The position numbers and the translations under genes are program-made. Shown here piece after piece: positions 32,477-42,116 of a stretch of DNA of 64,000 bases. Source of the stretch: an uncultured delta proteobacterium. Lineage in GTDB: Bacteria; Desulfobacterota; Desulfobacteria; Desulfobacterales; QNYZ01. The DNA is taken from positions 32,001 through 96,000 of the forward strand of contig CAWJQU010000008.1 of assembly GCA_963845145.1 (NCBI GenBank). Reading direction: 5' to 3'. Position 1 is the first letter of the stretch. Each line of letters begins with the position of its first letter. The notes beneath the pieces are model-generated. The model did not search any database. It was not told where the DNA came from and saw only the letters and a program-made list of their open reading frames with translations.

Positions 32477-34453
32477 ATGACCGAACTTTTCGAACTCAAT
32501 GCCCAACAGGAGCTGGCCGCCAAATACGACCAGGGCCACGTGCTCGTTCTGGCCGGTGCCGGCACCGGTAAAACACGCACCATCATTGCGCGTGCAGCCT
32601 ATCTGATCCAAAAGGGCATTGAACCCAATCGCATATTGCTGCTGACATTTACCCGCCGGGCCGCCCGTGAGATGACCGAACGTCTCGTAAAATTGGTGGG
32701 CAAAAATAAAGTCAGTTTAATGGCGGGTACCTTTCACCATTTCTGCCTGTATACCATGCGGCGTATGCCGGCCCGTTTCGGCCTGCAGGGAACCACCGTG
32801 ATCGACCGTGACGATCAAAACCAGCTGATGAAATTAATTCGGGCCGAGTATCGTCATAAAGGAGAGCAGTTTCCACGGGCGGCGGAGCTTGTTCGACTCA
32901 ATTCATATGCTCGCAACACGACCCAGCCCATAGCGGAATATTTGTCGGCCTATACCGACTACGAGCCGGAGATAGCCGATCGTATCTGTGAAATCGCCCT
33001 GGCTTTTGACCGTCGTAAACGGGACAATGGGTATCTCGATTACGATGATATTCTATATCTGTTCGCCAAGCGGCTCCATGAAGATCCGCTTGCCCGGAAT
33101 GAGGTTCGGGCCCGGTATGACCATGTTTTGGTGGATGAGATGCAGGATACCAACCCCCTTCAATGGCTGATTTTAGATGGCCTGCGCGACCCGGCCCGCC
33201 TCTTTTGTGTAGGTGACGACGCCCAGAGCATTTATGCTTTTCGGGGGGCGGATTTTCGCAATGTGCATTCGTTCTCAGATCGCATCCCGGAGGCGGTCAC
33301 CTTGCGCCTGGAAAAAAATTACCGCTCCACCCAAGGAATTCTCGATCTTTCTAACTGGTTGCTGCAGGAATCCCCCATCGGCTATAATAAACATCTAAGT
33401 GCCCATCGCCGTACGGTGAACAAACCCCGTTTGATGACCTTTGACAGCGATTTCGATGAAGCCCGCTGGATCGCTGACGACCTTATCGAACGGCATGAAA
33501 CCGGTGCCCTCTGGAAGGACCACATGATTATCACCCGCACCGGGTTCGGTGCCCGGGCTGTGGAATCTTTTATGGTGGAAAAAAAGATCCCTTACCGCTT
33601 CGTCGGCGGGGTCAGCCTGCTTCATGCGGCCCACGTCAAGGATCTGCTTTGCCTGATCCGGGCCTCAGCCAGTCAGCACGATGAACTGGCCTGGGCCCGA
33701 TACCTGACCATGTGGCCCCGTATCGGCGACGCCACCGCCGCAAAGCTGATAAAAAGCATGCGCGCCCATTCCCATGTGGACGATGCCGTCGCCGCCTTGA
33801 AAAAAGGGTTGAAAGGAAGAGAAAATATTATTCAGGGAATCTATCTTATTCAGGAATACTGGGACAATCCCGCCGAAACCGTTGATCAGGCCGGCCGGTT
33901 TTTGGAACAACTTTTAGAAAAAAAATACGATAACTGGAAAATACGTAAAAAAGATTTCGATCTGCTTTCGCGCCTGGCCGGCAGGCATCGCAGTTTGATG
34001 GCTTTTATCGAGACATATACCTTAGACCCCATTTCAACCAGCGAGTCCGAACGGCTGGAACAAGACGATGTGGTCACCCTGACCACCGCCCATAGCGCCA
34101 AGGGTACCGAAGCGCAGGTTTGTTATCTGATTCGGGTTGAACCCGGCATGTACCCCCACATTCGCAGCCTGGGCGTACAGGATCAGGAAGAGGAGGAACG
34201 ACGCACCCTGTATGTAGCCATGACCCGGGCCAAAGACGAATTGATCATCACCCGGACCTTCCGACCTTACGGTCCGGTACACATGCCCTATTCCGCTACC
34301 GGTGCCCATAGTGCCGGCGAAACCGTCTATTTTTTACAATCCCTCCCGGAAGAACTGGTCGATACAGACTTCATCGACCCGGATCCGGTCGCCTTCGACG
34401 ACTATGACAACATCACCCCTTGGCGACGCAAGGGTGACGGCATTGATTTTTAG
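32477..34453 (+). CDS. UvrD/Rep/PcrA family helicase
   Basis: AGAGTGKT, LTFTRRAA, LVDEMQD, VGDDAQSIYAFRGA, NYRS, TAHSAKGTE and YVAMTRA. Confidence 0.95.
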   Translation: MTELFELNAQQELAAKYDQGHVLVLAGAGTGKTRTIIARAAYLIQKGIEPNRILLLTFTRRAAREMTERLVKLVGKNKVSLMAGTFHHFCLYTMRRMPARFGLQGTTVIDRDDQNQLMKLIRAEYRHKGEQFPRAAELVRLNSYARNTTQPIAEYLSAYTDYEPEIADRICEIALAFDRRKRDNGYLDYDDILYLFAKRLHEDPLARNEVRARYDHVLVDEMQDTNPLQWLILDGLRDPARLFCVGDDAQSIYAFRGADFRNVHSFSDRIPEAVTLRLEKNYRSTQGILDLSNWLLQESPIGYNKHLSAHRRTVNKPRLMTFDSDFDEARWIADDLIERHETGALWKDHMIITRTGFGARAVESFMVEKKIPYRFVGGVSLLHAAHVKDLLCLIRASASQHDELAWARYLTMWPRIGDATAAKLIKSMRAHSHVDDAVAALKKGLKGRENIIQGIYLIQEYWDNPAETVDQAGRFLEQLLEKKYDNWKIRKKDFDLLSRLAGRHRSLMAFIETYTLDPISTSESERLEQDDVVTLTTAHSAKGTEAQVCYLIRVEPGMYPHIRSLGVQDQEEEERRTLYVAMTRAKDELIITRTFRPYGPVHMPYSATGAHSAGETVYFLQSLPEELVDTDFIDPDPVAFDDYDNITPWRRKGDGIDF

Positions 34454-34464
34454 ATAGGGGACGG

Positions 34465-35874
34465 ATGACGGATCAAACGCCCCTTTTAACACCCCCTCGA
34501 CGGATCAAGCGCATCCACCCGACCCTTCCCGTGTTTGCATTGCCCATCGACCATCGGACAGCACTTTACACGCCCGGACACGTATTAGCGGCCCCGTCAG
34601 ATTGGTTGGCCCAACTGGATGCCGCCTGGAATAAAAACAGGCCCATAGCGATTCCTGAAATAGCGGCACTATCATTGAAGCTGGAACACCATGCCAGACT
34701 GGCCGTTTCGCAATGGGAAAGCAAAAGAACGGCCCCGTTTGAACCCGAATGTTTGATTGTTTATATAAGCAACCGGTGTAATTGCCGGTGTACGTATTGT
34801 TTCACAAAAGAACAGATTGCGGTTTCTGATGGGGATTCAAACCCCGCAGAATTAATCACTGACGAAAAAGCGATATCGAGTGCAACCGATCTGGTACTGA
34901 CCCATTGCTGCAAAACCGGCCGACCTTTCCGTCTGGTGATTCATGGTGGCGGCGAGCCCACCGTGCATATGGACAGGGTTCGCAGGATTTGCGCCTTAAC
35001 CCGGCGCAAAGCATCTGAAAGCGGTGTATCATGGTGGGGTTATGTGGCTACCAATGGGGTCATGACCGCCCGGCAGGCCCAATGGTTGGGGGCGAATATT
35101 GATATGGTTGGGCTTTCCTGCGATGGCCCGCCGGAAATTCATAATGCCCAACGGCCGTTGGCAAACGGCGAGAAATCCTTCCCGAAGGTCATGTCAACCG
35201 CTAAAATACTACATGCTGCGGGGACCCCGTTTACCATTCGATCGACGATTACAAAAGAAACGATCAACCGGCAAAAAGAAATTGCCACCTTTCTTATAGA
35301 GCAATTATACGCCCAGGAGATTCGATTTGAGCCGGTTTACGATGTTAACCCCGCCGGTGCCGCGTGTTTTTCCAGAGAGGATGCCTTTCGGTTTGCAAAT
35401 GGATTTTTAGAAGCCGATGCAGAAGTCAGAAAACGGGGAGGCCGGTTGATTTATGCCGGATTGCGTCCCGATGAGCTTCACGGGCCTTATTGCAACCTGT
35501 TGCGGGCCGCTTTACATGTGATCCCTCCGGCGCATATATCGGCTTGCTTTTTCACCACATCGGCCAACACCCCCACGTGCCGACATGGCGTGGTCGGCGG
35601 TTGGCATGCACGTAGCAACCGGATTACCATAGACCACGAGGAATTGATGCGACACAAGGAAAGGGCGCAGGAATTACCACCCCAATGTCTGGATTGCGCT
35701 AATATTTACCATTGCAGTCGGGGATGTCCTCAAGTATGTCGGGTCCTAGAAAAAAATCGTCGTCACGTGTCGGATTTCCATTGTCATGTAGCCCTGAGGC
35801 TTATAACCTCCAGAATATACCGCCAGGCAACGAATCAGCCGCATGGGCCGGATTCCATGCAGGCGGGATCATAA
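34465..35874 (+). CDS. Radical SAM/SPASM peptide maturase (rSAM-1)
   Basis: CNCRCTYC, GGGEPT, LSCDGPPEIHNAQR; C-terminal Cys cluster YC...SAC...CLDCANIYHCSRGCP...C. Confidence 0.9.
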   Translation: MTDQTPLLTPPRRIKRIHPTLPVFALPIDHRTALYTPGHVLAAPSDWLAQLDAAWNKNRPIAIPEIAALSLKLEHHARLAVSQWESKRTAPFEPECLIVYISNRCNCRCTYCFTKEQIAVSDGDSNPAELITDEKAISSATDLVLTHCCKTGRPFRLVIHGGGEPTVHMDRVRRICALTRRKASESGVSWWGYVATNGVMTARQAQWLGANIDMVGLSCDGPPEIHNAQRPLANGEKSFPKVMSTAKILHAAGTPFTIRSTITKETINRQKEIATFLIEQLYAQEIRFEPVYDVNPAGAACFSREDAFRFANGFLEADAEVRKRGGRLIYAGLRPDELHGPYCNLLRAALHVIPPAHISACFFTTSANTPTCRHGVVGGWHARSNRITIDHEELMRHKERAQELPPQCLDCANIYHCSRGCPQVCRVLEKNRRHVSDFHCHVALRLITSRIYRQATNQPHGPDSMQAGS

Positions 35875-35876
35875 AA

Positions 35877-36344
35877 ATGGTCATATCAACCCAATATAAA
35901 ACCACCGCGCACGCCGGAAGCTGGCATTCCCTTGTCTTGATTCTGGTTGAATCATGGCAAGCCCCGCCCATCTGGAAGAAACATTTAGAAAAAATTTCCG
36001 TACCGGAACTCATCGATCGCATTGAAAAAGAAGCGGCCCTTTTTCCGGGACTTATGGCACCCCAAAGCCTTATTGGGCTATTAGTCCGTTTACGAACGAT
36101 TTTGAGTATTCGCTGGCGGCGTAATCGATGCCTCTTGAGGGGATTACTTCTAATGCATTTTTTTTCGAGGGCAGGCAGGCGGGCGACGTTCCATTTGAGC
36201 TGCCACATCAATGCAATCGGCAATGTGGGGGGCCACTGCTGGGTATCGCTACCCGGGACAAAGAGAGATAAGCGGGCCAAACTCAAAAATGGATGGGTTG
36301 AAATTTATACCCATACCCTCACGCAACCCCACACTCACAGATAA
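35877..36344 (+). CDS. Lasso-B2-like transglutaminase-fold leader peptidase
   Basis: NRCLLRGLLL (catalytic Cys) and GGHCWV (His, cf. aHAWv); ~155 aa; ATG 2 nt after the rSAM-1 stop. Confidence 0.8.
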   Translation: MVISTQYKTTAHAGSWHSLVLILVESWQAPPIWKKHLEKISVPELIDRIEKEAALFPGLMAPQSLIGLLVRLRTILSIRWRRNRCLLRGLLLMHFFSRAGRRATFHLSCHINAIGNVGGHCWVSLPGTKRDKRAKLKNGWVEIYTHTLTQPHTHR

Positions 36345-36345
36345 T

Positions 36346-38109
36346 ATGATTCCAGGCACCAGCACCCACACATACCACAAGCTTCCCGATGAAAAATTGC
36401 CTGCCGGGGCTTTTTTTCGTAAAATTAAACGGCTGCTTCACTTGCTCTACCCACAGGTCCGTCCGTACCGGCGGCTGATCATTGCGAGTTGGCTGGTAAT
36501 GGCCACGCTCTCGGCCGCCTCGGCGGCACCGGTCCTTTTGGCCCGCAAAATTGTCGAAGATTTCCAGGATCATGCCGATCACCTGTTGCGATCTTTATCT
36601 TTATTGGCGGCGATCATTGTTTTGATCAGCATTTTTCGTTTTCTATGTACCCTTGCGTTAGGCGCCATCAACTATCGGGTTCAGCATGCCTTGGAGATTC
36701 AATACGCGACCAAAATCGTAGCGACGCCCCTTTCCTATTACGATACCAATACATCCGGTGCCATCTCTATCGCCCCCTTTCTGCAGCTGCCCTTGCTAAC
36801 CCGCCTGGTGGAGCTACTTTTGGGACATTTTGTGCAGGCCGCACTAACCATCATCGCCATACTCGGCGTACTGTTTTACTTGAGCCCTTCAATCGGCGCC
36901 ATTTGCACCGGGTTACTTCCACTGTTTTTTCTGGGATCAATTTATGCCGGTAAGGAAATTGAGCGCAATGTAAAACGCACGTTTGCCCATATCGCAAGCA
37001 TGCACAGCCACATGCTCGAATCGCTGATTTCCATAAAATCCATTCGAACGCTGGGCATATCGGGAAAACGAATTTCCGAACTCGGATCGATCGCAAAGGA
37101 CACCCTGGATGCGGAGATCAAAACCCTGATTGCCGCCGGAATCACGCGGCTAGGCGTGGAAGTTGTCTTTGCAGCAGGGATTGTTGCGGTAATCCTGATC
37201 TTGCGGTTCTACTATGCCGAGGGGTCGATTACACTTGGGCTTTGTGCCGCCGTGCTGACCGGATTCGGCATGCTCGTGCGTGAAATTCGAAAACTCAATC
37301 GAGGGGTCGTGGAATTAAGACGGATTGCGGGAGCCACGCCCCGGGTGGTTAATATTCTTTCCCAATCGAGCCAACCACAAACCTCGGCAATGAAACCGGG
37401 GCCGGTACAGGTGAATTCTGTCCGGATAGAACGGCTATGTTTTTCCTACAAAGAGGGAACAGCTGTCTTAAACGAATTGAACATGGTGTTTTTCAGAGGT
37501 TGCATAACCGCCATTATCGGGGAAAGTGGCGCCGGAAAATCAACCATTGCCGATCTCCTTTTGCGGCTTAGGCGCCCCCATCAGGGGCGGATTGTTTTAA
37601 ATACGAACACCCCTTTGGCCGAACTGGATGAGAGCTGGCTCAGAGAAGCGGTCGCCTTTGTAGACCAGGAGCCCTTTCTTTTCAATCTGACGATCCGCGA
37701 AAATCTTCTGCTATCCGAACCCAACCTAAGCGATACCGATTTATACGAATCGTTGGCGGCAGCAGGTGCCGACACGTTTGTGAGATCATTACCAGCGGGT
37801 TTGGATACCCGTGTCGGCGAAGGGGGCGGGCTTGTTTCCGTCGGCGAAAAACAGCGTATCGCGTTGGCCAGAGCCCTTACCAAAAACCCTTCCGTCCTGG
37901 TGTTGGATGAGGTCACCAGTGCGCTCGATATAAAAAACGAAGCCACTATTTTGCAGACATTAAAGCAATTGGCGCCAAACATGGTCATCGTCCTGATTAC
38001 GCATAAAGAGAGTGTGGCAGACCAGTGTGATCGGGTTTATTACATAAAAAATACCGCCGCAGAATTAATCAAAAAGGTAGCCAGTCTCGATGCCCCCAAC
38101 ACCCTCTAA
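36346..38109 (+). CDS. ABC exporter (fused TMD-NBD)
   Basis: N-terminal TM helices; GESGAGKST, VSVGEKQRIALARA and LVLDEVTSALD; no C39 peptidase domain. Confidence 0.92.
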   Translation: MIPGTSTHTYHKLPDEKLPAGAFFRKIKRLLHLLYPQVRPYRRLIIASWLVMATLSAASAAPVLLARKIVEDFQDHADHLLRSLSLLAAIIVLISIFRFLCTLALGAINYRVQHALEIQYATKIVATPLSYYDTNTSGAISIAPFLQLPLLTRLVELLLGHFVQAALTIIAILGVLFYLSPSIGAICTGLLPLFFLGSIYAGKEIERNVKRTFAHIASMHSHMLESLISIKSIRTLGISGKRISELGSIAKDTLDAEIKTLIAAGITRLGVEVVFAAGIVAVILILRFYYAEGSITLGLCAAVLTGFGMLVREIRKLNRGVVELRRIAGATPRVVNILSQSSQPQTSAMKPGPVQVNSVRIERLCFSYKEGTAVLNELNMVFFRGCITAIIGESGAGKSTIADLLLRLRRPHQGRIVLNTNTPLAELDESWLREAVAFVDQEPFLFNLTIRENLLLSEPNLSDTDLYESLAAAGADTFVRSLPAGLDTRVGEGGGLVSVGEKQRIALARALTKNPSVLVLDEVTSALDIKNEATILQTLKQLAPNMVIVLITHKESVADQCDRVYYIKNTAAELIKKVASLDAPNTL

Positions 38110-39472
38110 AAATATCAAGGCTGTTGACGATCAGTTAAAAGAGATCTTGAAATGGGTACCGGCAAACGTGGGAGAAGAGATAACCCAGCAGTGGCGCGCG
38201 ATTGCCAGGACCTTCAGCTTAAAACACCGAGGCCTTCCCAACCCAGCCTGGGCTGCGGGATTCAAAGAAGATGGCCCCACGGCCTGGGAACGGATCGGCG
38301 GCCGCAAAGAATGCCGCTTTTCCAAAAACATATCGGTCTACCTGCATGTGCCCTTTTGCAATCGGCGCTGCGGATTTTGCGATTGTATTTCCATAAGCCT
38401 TAAAGACGGAGGCACCGCGGCCGTTCGTCGGTTCACCGAAAAAATCGTGGCCGAAATTCGTACCTGGGCTTCTGTTCTCGGTTCCGAAAAACATCCGGTG
38501 ACCACCGTTCATTTCGGCGGCGGCACGCCTACTATTTTAGGCCCCAACCGATTAAATGAAATCGTCGAGGCGTTGCGCGTTTATCCGGGTGCGGATGACA
38601 CAACGGAGTGGGCGCTTGAAACCACGTCACGAACCTTGCGAGGGTTCGGACTGGACCGGATAAAGGAGATGGGGTTTTCACGTCTTCATATCGGTGTCCA
38701 AACCCTGGATGATGCCTGCCGCACAAAACTTGGCAGACGGGACAGTTCAAGAATCGTCCTTGAAACGATTACGGCGGCGATGGATATGGGCTTTGTGGTA
38801 TCGGTCGACCTGATTTATGGCCTGCCCGGCCAACGGTTTGATCTTTTTTTTAGCGACCTGAAAAAATTGGTGGCTATCGGGATTCACGGTGTATCGCTAT
38901 ACGAACTCCAGGTATCCCAACGCAACCATTCTTTTTTGCAGGGCCTGGGCATGGGCGACAAAAATTCGGAAAACAGGTATCTTTATTTTCAGGCTGGCGA
39001 AAGCTATTTGAAAGATAACGGGTTTAAGAAAAACCATTTCGTCCACTTTGCCCGGCCTTCAGATCGACAGCGCTACTACCGCCACGCCATACGGAGCGAA
39101 GACTTACTATCCTTCGGACCAACGGCCGATGGTCGTTTCGGACATTATCTGTATCGTCACCACGACTATCATGAGTACATGTCCGCCGCGCCCCCCGGAC
39201 TTGCCGGTGGCATGTTTGAATCGGATGTAGAACGGTTTATCCATCGCGCCAAATCGGATCTGATGGCCGGTGCCATCACCCGGAAAAGGATCAAAGAGGT
39301 TGCGGCCGGCTCACTGTTGGCGTTATGGGTGGCCCACGATTTTCTGGCCACGGCCCCCGGCGAAGACCGCTTTGATTTAACCGCCAATGGGTCATGGTTT
39401 TTAGCGCTGATGTTGACACAACTTCATCAGCAGGCGTCGAAACAGATAACCAACCAATCGTTGGAGCGCTAA
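38090..39472 (+). CDS. HemN-like (class C) radical SAM enzyme (rSAM-2)
   Basis: VYLHVPFCNRRCGFC, HFGGGTPT, RLHIGVQT, VSVDLIYGLPGQ and C-terminal LTANG. Confidence 0.88.
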   Translation: MPPTPSKNIKAVDDQLKEILKWVPANVGEEITQQWRAIARTFSLKHRGLPNPAWAAGFKEDGPTAWERIGGRKECRFSKNISVYLHVPFCNRRCGFCDCISISLKDGGTAAVRRFTEKIVAEIRTWASVLGSEKHPVTTVHFGGGTPTILGPNRLNEIVEALRVYPGADDTTEWALETTSRTLRGFGLDRIKEMGFSRLHIGVQTLDDACRTKLGRRDSSRIVLETITAAMDMGFVVSVDLIYGLPGQRFDLFFSDLKKLVAIGIHGVSLYELQVSQRNHSFLQGLGMGDKNSENRYLYFQAGESYLKDNGFKKNHFVHFARPSDRQRYYRHAIRSEDLLSFGPTADGRFGHYLYRHHDYHEYMSAAPPGLAGGMFESDVERFIHRAKSDLMAGAITRKRIKEVAAGSLLALWVAHDFLATAPGEDRFDLTANGSWFLALMLTQLHQQASKQITNQSLER

Positions 39473-39479
39473 CCAAATA

Positions 39480-40889
39480 ATGCCGATTAATAGTAATCCA
39501 TTCAAAAAAGAAGGCCCTGGGGATGTGTTTGCCCTTTCGGTCGGTGAGCACTGGCTTCTTTATGCCCCCGGGCATGATGTCCTGGCCCTGGTGACGGAAA
39601 AGATATTAGCGGGCTTTACTGGTCATCGAGTCTTACCGAAACCACGGATGCTAACCCAATTGGCGGACAAGCTCGCCGCTGTCCCAAAAAGGGTTCCCGA
39701 TATTCCTACGGGCGCTTTTGATCCCCGTTTTCTGGGGATTGTGCCCACGCGGACCTGTAATTTTGCATGTCGCTATTGCGCTTTTGACGCTGAGGCAGCC
39801 CGGGAAGATATTGTGGATACCGAGTTCTTTCTGACGGCCGTCGATTGGATGGCCGAACAGGTCGTTCAAAACGGCGGTAAAACCCTGCGCATTGATTTTT
39901 TTGGGGGAGAACCCTTGATGGTCCCTAAGACGCTGGAAACGATTATCCATTACGCCCATAAGGTCGGCCGGAAAAACGGACTTGTCCCCCAAAGTGAAAT
40001 TGCCACAAACGGCTTTTGTAGTGAACGCCGGGCACATCTTATCGCCGATCATATTGACTATATTGTTCTTTCTTTAGACGGCCCGTCTGATATTCAAGAC
40101 TATCACCGCCCCCTGGCATCAGGCGTCGGCAGCTTCGCTACGGTTGCAAAAAACGCTGAGATTATGGCTGCCGGCCATTGTCGCCTGGCTATCCGGGTTT
40201 GTGTAACCAGCGCCACCGTAAGCCGGGTCCCCGAAATCTGCCGGTGGCTTTGCCGCTGGCTAAAACCGGATTTTATCAATTTTGAATCCCTTAAACCCAC
40301 GCCGGAAAGCGAAGCCGCCGGTATAATACCGCCCGATCCCTGGGAATTTGGCCGCCAATTGCGGTCTGCAACCAGAATTGCAGCCACTCATGCGGTGCAT
40401 ATTGTTCAGGCCGCTGCAGATATAAATGAACTCCAGGGCTCTTTTTGCCCAGTGGGAAAAGACGTGCCGATTTTTTGTCCGGATGGAGAAATCAATGCCT
40501 GTTACCTTCCCCGGGACGCCTGGAAAAAAAGTGGCCTCGATTTTAGGATGGGCAACTACACCACCAACGGACAGATCCATATTGATACGGCCGCCATTCA
40601 GCGTATTCGTGAATATACGACTCACCGCAACCGTTGTAAAAAGTGCTTTTGTCGGTGGCATTGTGCCGGTGGTTGCCACGTGGCCTGGCACAATTTAGAC
40701 GATCATACGACCTTACCACCGTTTTGCATTCAAACCCGGATGACGACTATCGGCCGGCTTTTGGATGCTTTAGGACTGGATGCAATGGCGGATGCGCTTA
40801 TGGACAACGAAAAGGCGCTCAAAACGTTGATATTAAAAAATTCAGATGCCCTGCAGGACTGGAATGAAGAACATGCCGAAATCGATTAA
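39480..40889 (+). CDS. Radical SAM/SPASM peptide maturase (rSAM-3)
   Basis: CNFACRYC, FFGGEPL, LSLDGP..QDYHRP; SPASM-like FCPVG...NAC...CKKCFCRWHCAGGC...FC. Confidence 0.92.
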   Translation: MPINSNPFKKEGPGDVFALSVGEHWLLYAPGHDVLALVTEKILAGFTGHRVLPKPRMLTQLADKLAAVPKRVPDIPTGAFDPRFLGIVPTRTCNFACRYCAFDAEAAREDIVDTEFFLTAVDWMAEQVVQNGGKTLRIDFFGGEPLMVPKTLETIIHYAHKVGRKNGLVPQSEIATNGFCSERRAHLIADHIDYIVLSLDGPSDIQDYHRPLASGVGSFATVAKNAEIMAAGHCRLAIRVCVTSATVSRVPEICRWLCRWLKPDFINFESLKPTPESEAAGIIPPDPWEFGRQLRSATRIAATHAVHIVQAAADINELQGSFCPVGKDVPIFCPDGEINACYLPRDAWKKSGLDFRMGNYTTNGQIHIDTAAIQRIREYTTHRNRCKKCFCRWHCAGGCHVAWHNLDDHTTLPPFCIQTRMTTIGRLLDALGLDAMADALMDNEKALKTLILKNSDALQDWNEEHAEID

Positions 40890-42030
40890 TAAGCTCCCTG
40901 AAAAGTTACAGGAGATACGATCGAGTGTCAGAAAATATCGATTAGAAAAAACCTTATTTGAACTGGAACATCATAGCCGGATTGAATCTTTTTTAAATCG
41001 CAAAAATGAACATCTGCCATCGTCAATCATGGAAAACGATGGTGAAGCACATTTCCTGGGCGCCTTGTCACCCGGCTGCCAGGCCTGTAAACTGGGACGG
41101 TGGGAATGCATTTTCGTTACCATGGAATGCAATACGGATTGTGATTTCTGCTGGCGCCCCACACACGCGACCCCGGCTCATCTTGGCTCGGTTTTCGGCG
41201 ACACCCCTGAAAAAGTGGCCGCCCACCTGGAAAAAAAACCACCGGCGGGCATCAGCTTTTCGGGGGGAGAGCCCTTTCTTTTTCCCGACAACCTGCTTGC
41301 ATGGATAAAAGGGATTGTCCCACGGTTTGAAGAGACTTATTTTTGGATTTACACCAATGGCCTCGTGGCCGGAAAAGAGATTCTAAAAGCCGTTGCCGCC
41401 GAAGGCGTTCATGAGGTCCGTTTCAATCTGGCCGCCACCGGATACAATCATCCCGACGTCATGAAAAACCTCACAGAGGCCGTACGCCTCCTCCCGAAGG
41501 TGACAGTTGAAATACCGGCCATTCCCGAGCATCGCGAATCCGTTTTAAAACATATTTATACCTGGGCCGAATTGGGCGTTCGCCATGTAAACCTGCATGA
41601 ACTGATCTACGAACCCGGAACCAATTCAGCGGTTATGCAAGGTTGCCGCAAACCACTTCAAAACCCGGATGGTCATGTTTGTCATTTTAACCCTGAAAGC
41701 CGCGACCTGACCCTGGCCGTTATGGCGGAGGTATCGGCCCATGGGATTCCCATCCACGTCAATGATTGTTCCATATCCAGCAAGCTACGGCAGATACGAG
41801 GCCGACGTCTTTTTCTATCCGAACACATGCGAAAACCGTATGAAGAAGTGGTTAATGGTGAGTTGTCTGCCGGATGTGCCTATAATAATGAGGCCCTGTT
41901 TTTTTTCAGGCCATCCGAAATAAAAACCATGAAAGAAAAACACGAAGCATTCACTTTTATCCAGGTAAGCCGTTTAATTCCTTTGTCCGCCCAGGCATCG
42001 GATCAGTGGGTTCGATTTGAACCCATGTAA
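40873..42030 (+). CDS. Radical SAM protein, PFL-activase-related type (rSAM-4)
   Basis: LSPGCQACKLG extra CxxC before CNTDCDFC; FSGGEP, IYTNG, EVRFN and VEIPAIP; start could be 40846, 40864 or 40873. Confidence 0.85.
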   Translation: MPKSINKLPEKLQEIRSSVRKYRLEKTLFELEHHSRIESFLNRKNEHLPSSIMENDGEAHFLGALSPGCQACKLGRWECIFVTMECNTDCDFCWRPTHATPAHLGSVFGDTPEKVAAHLEKKPPAGISFSGGEPFLFPDNLLAWIKGIVPRFEETYFWIYTNGLVAGKEILKAVAAEGVHEVRFNLAATGYNHPDVMKNLTEAVRLLPKVTVEIPAIPEHRESVLKHIYTWAELGVRHVNLHELIYEPGTNSAVMQGCRKPLQNPDGHVCHFNPESRDLTLAVMAEVSAHGIPIHVNDCSISSKLRQIRGRRLFLSEHMRKPYEEVVNGELSAGCAYNNEALFFFRPSEIKTMKEKHEAFTFIQVSRLIPLSAQASDQWVRFEPM

Positions 42031-42116
42031 TAAAGTTCATTCGATTAATGCGTTTTTTTGTTAAGAGATCTACCAAATTAAATGATATTGCTTTCAGCAA
42101 CCAATCCCTCCGGGCC

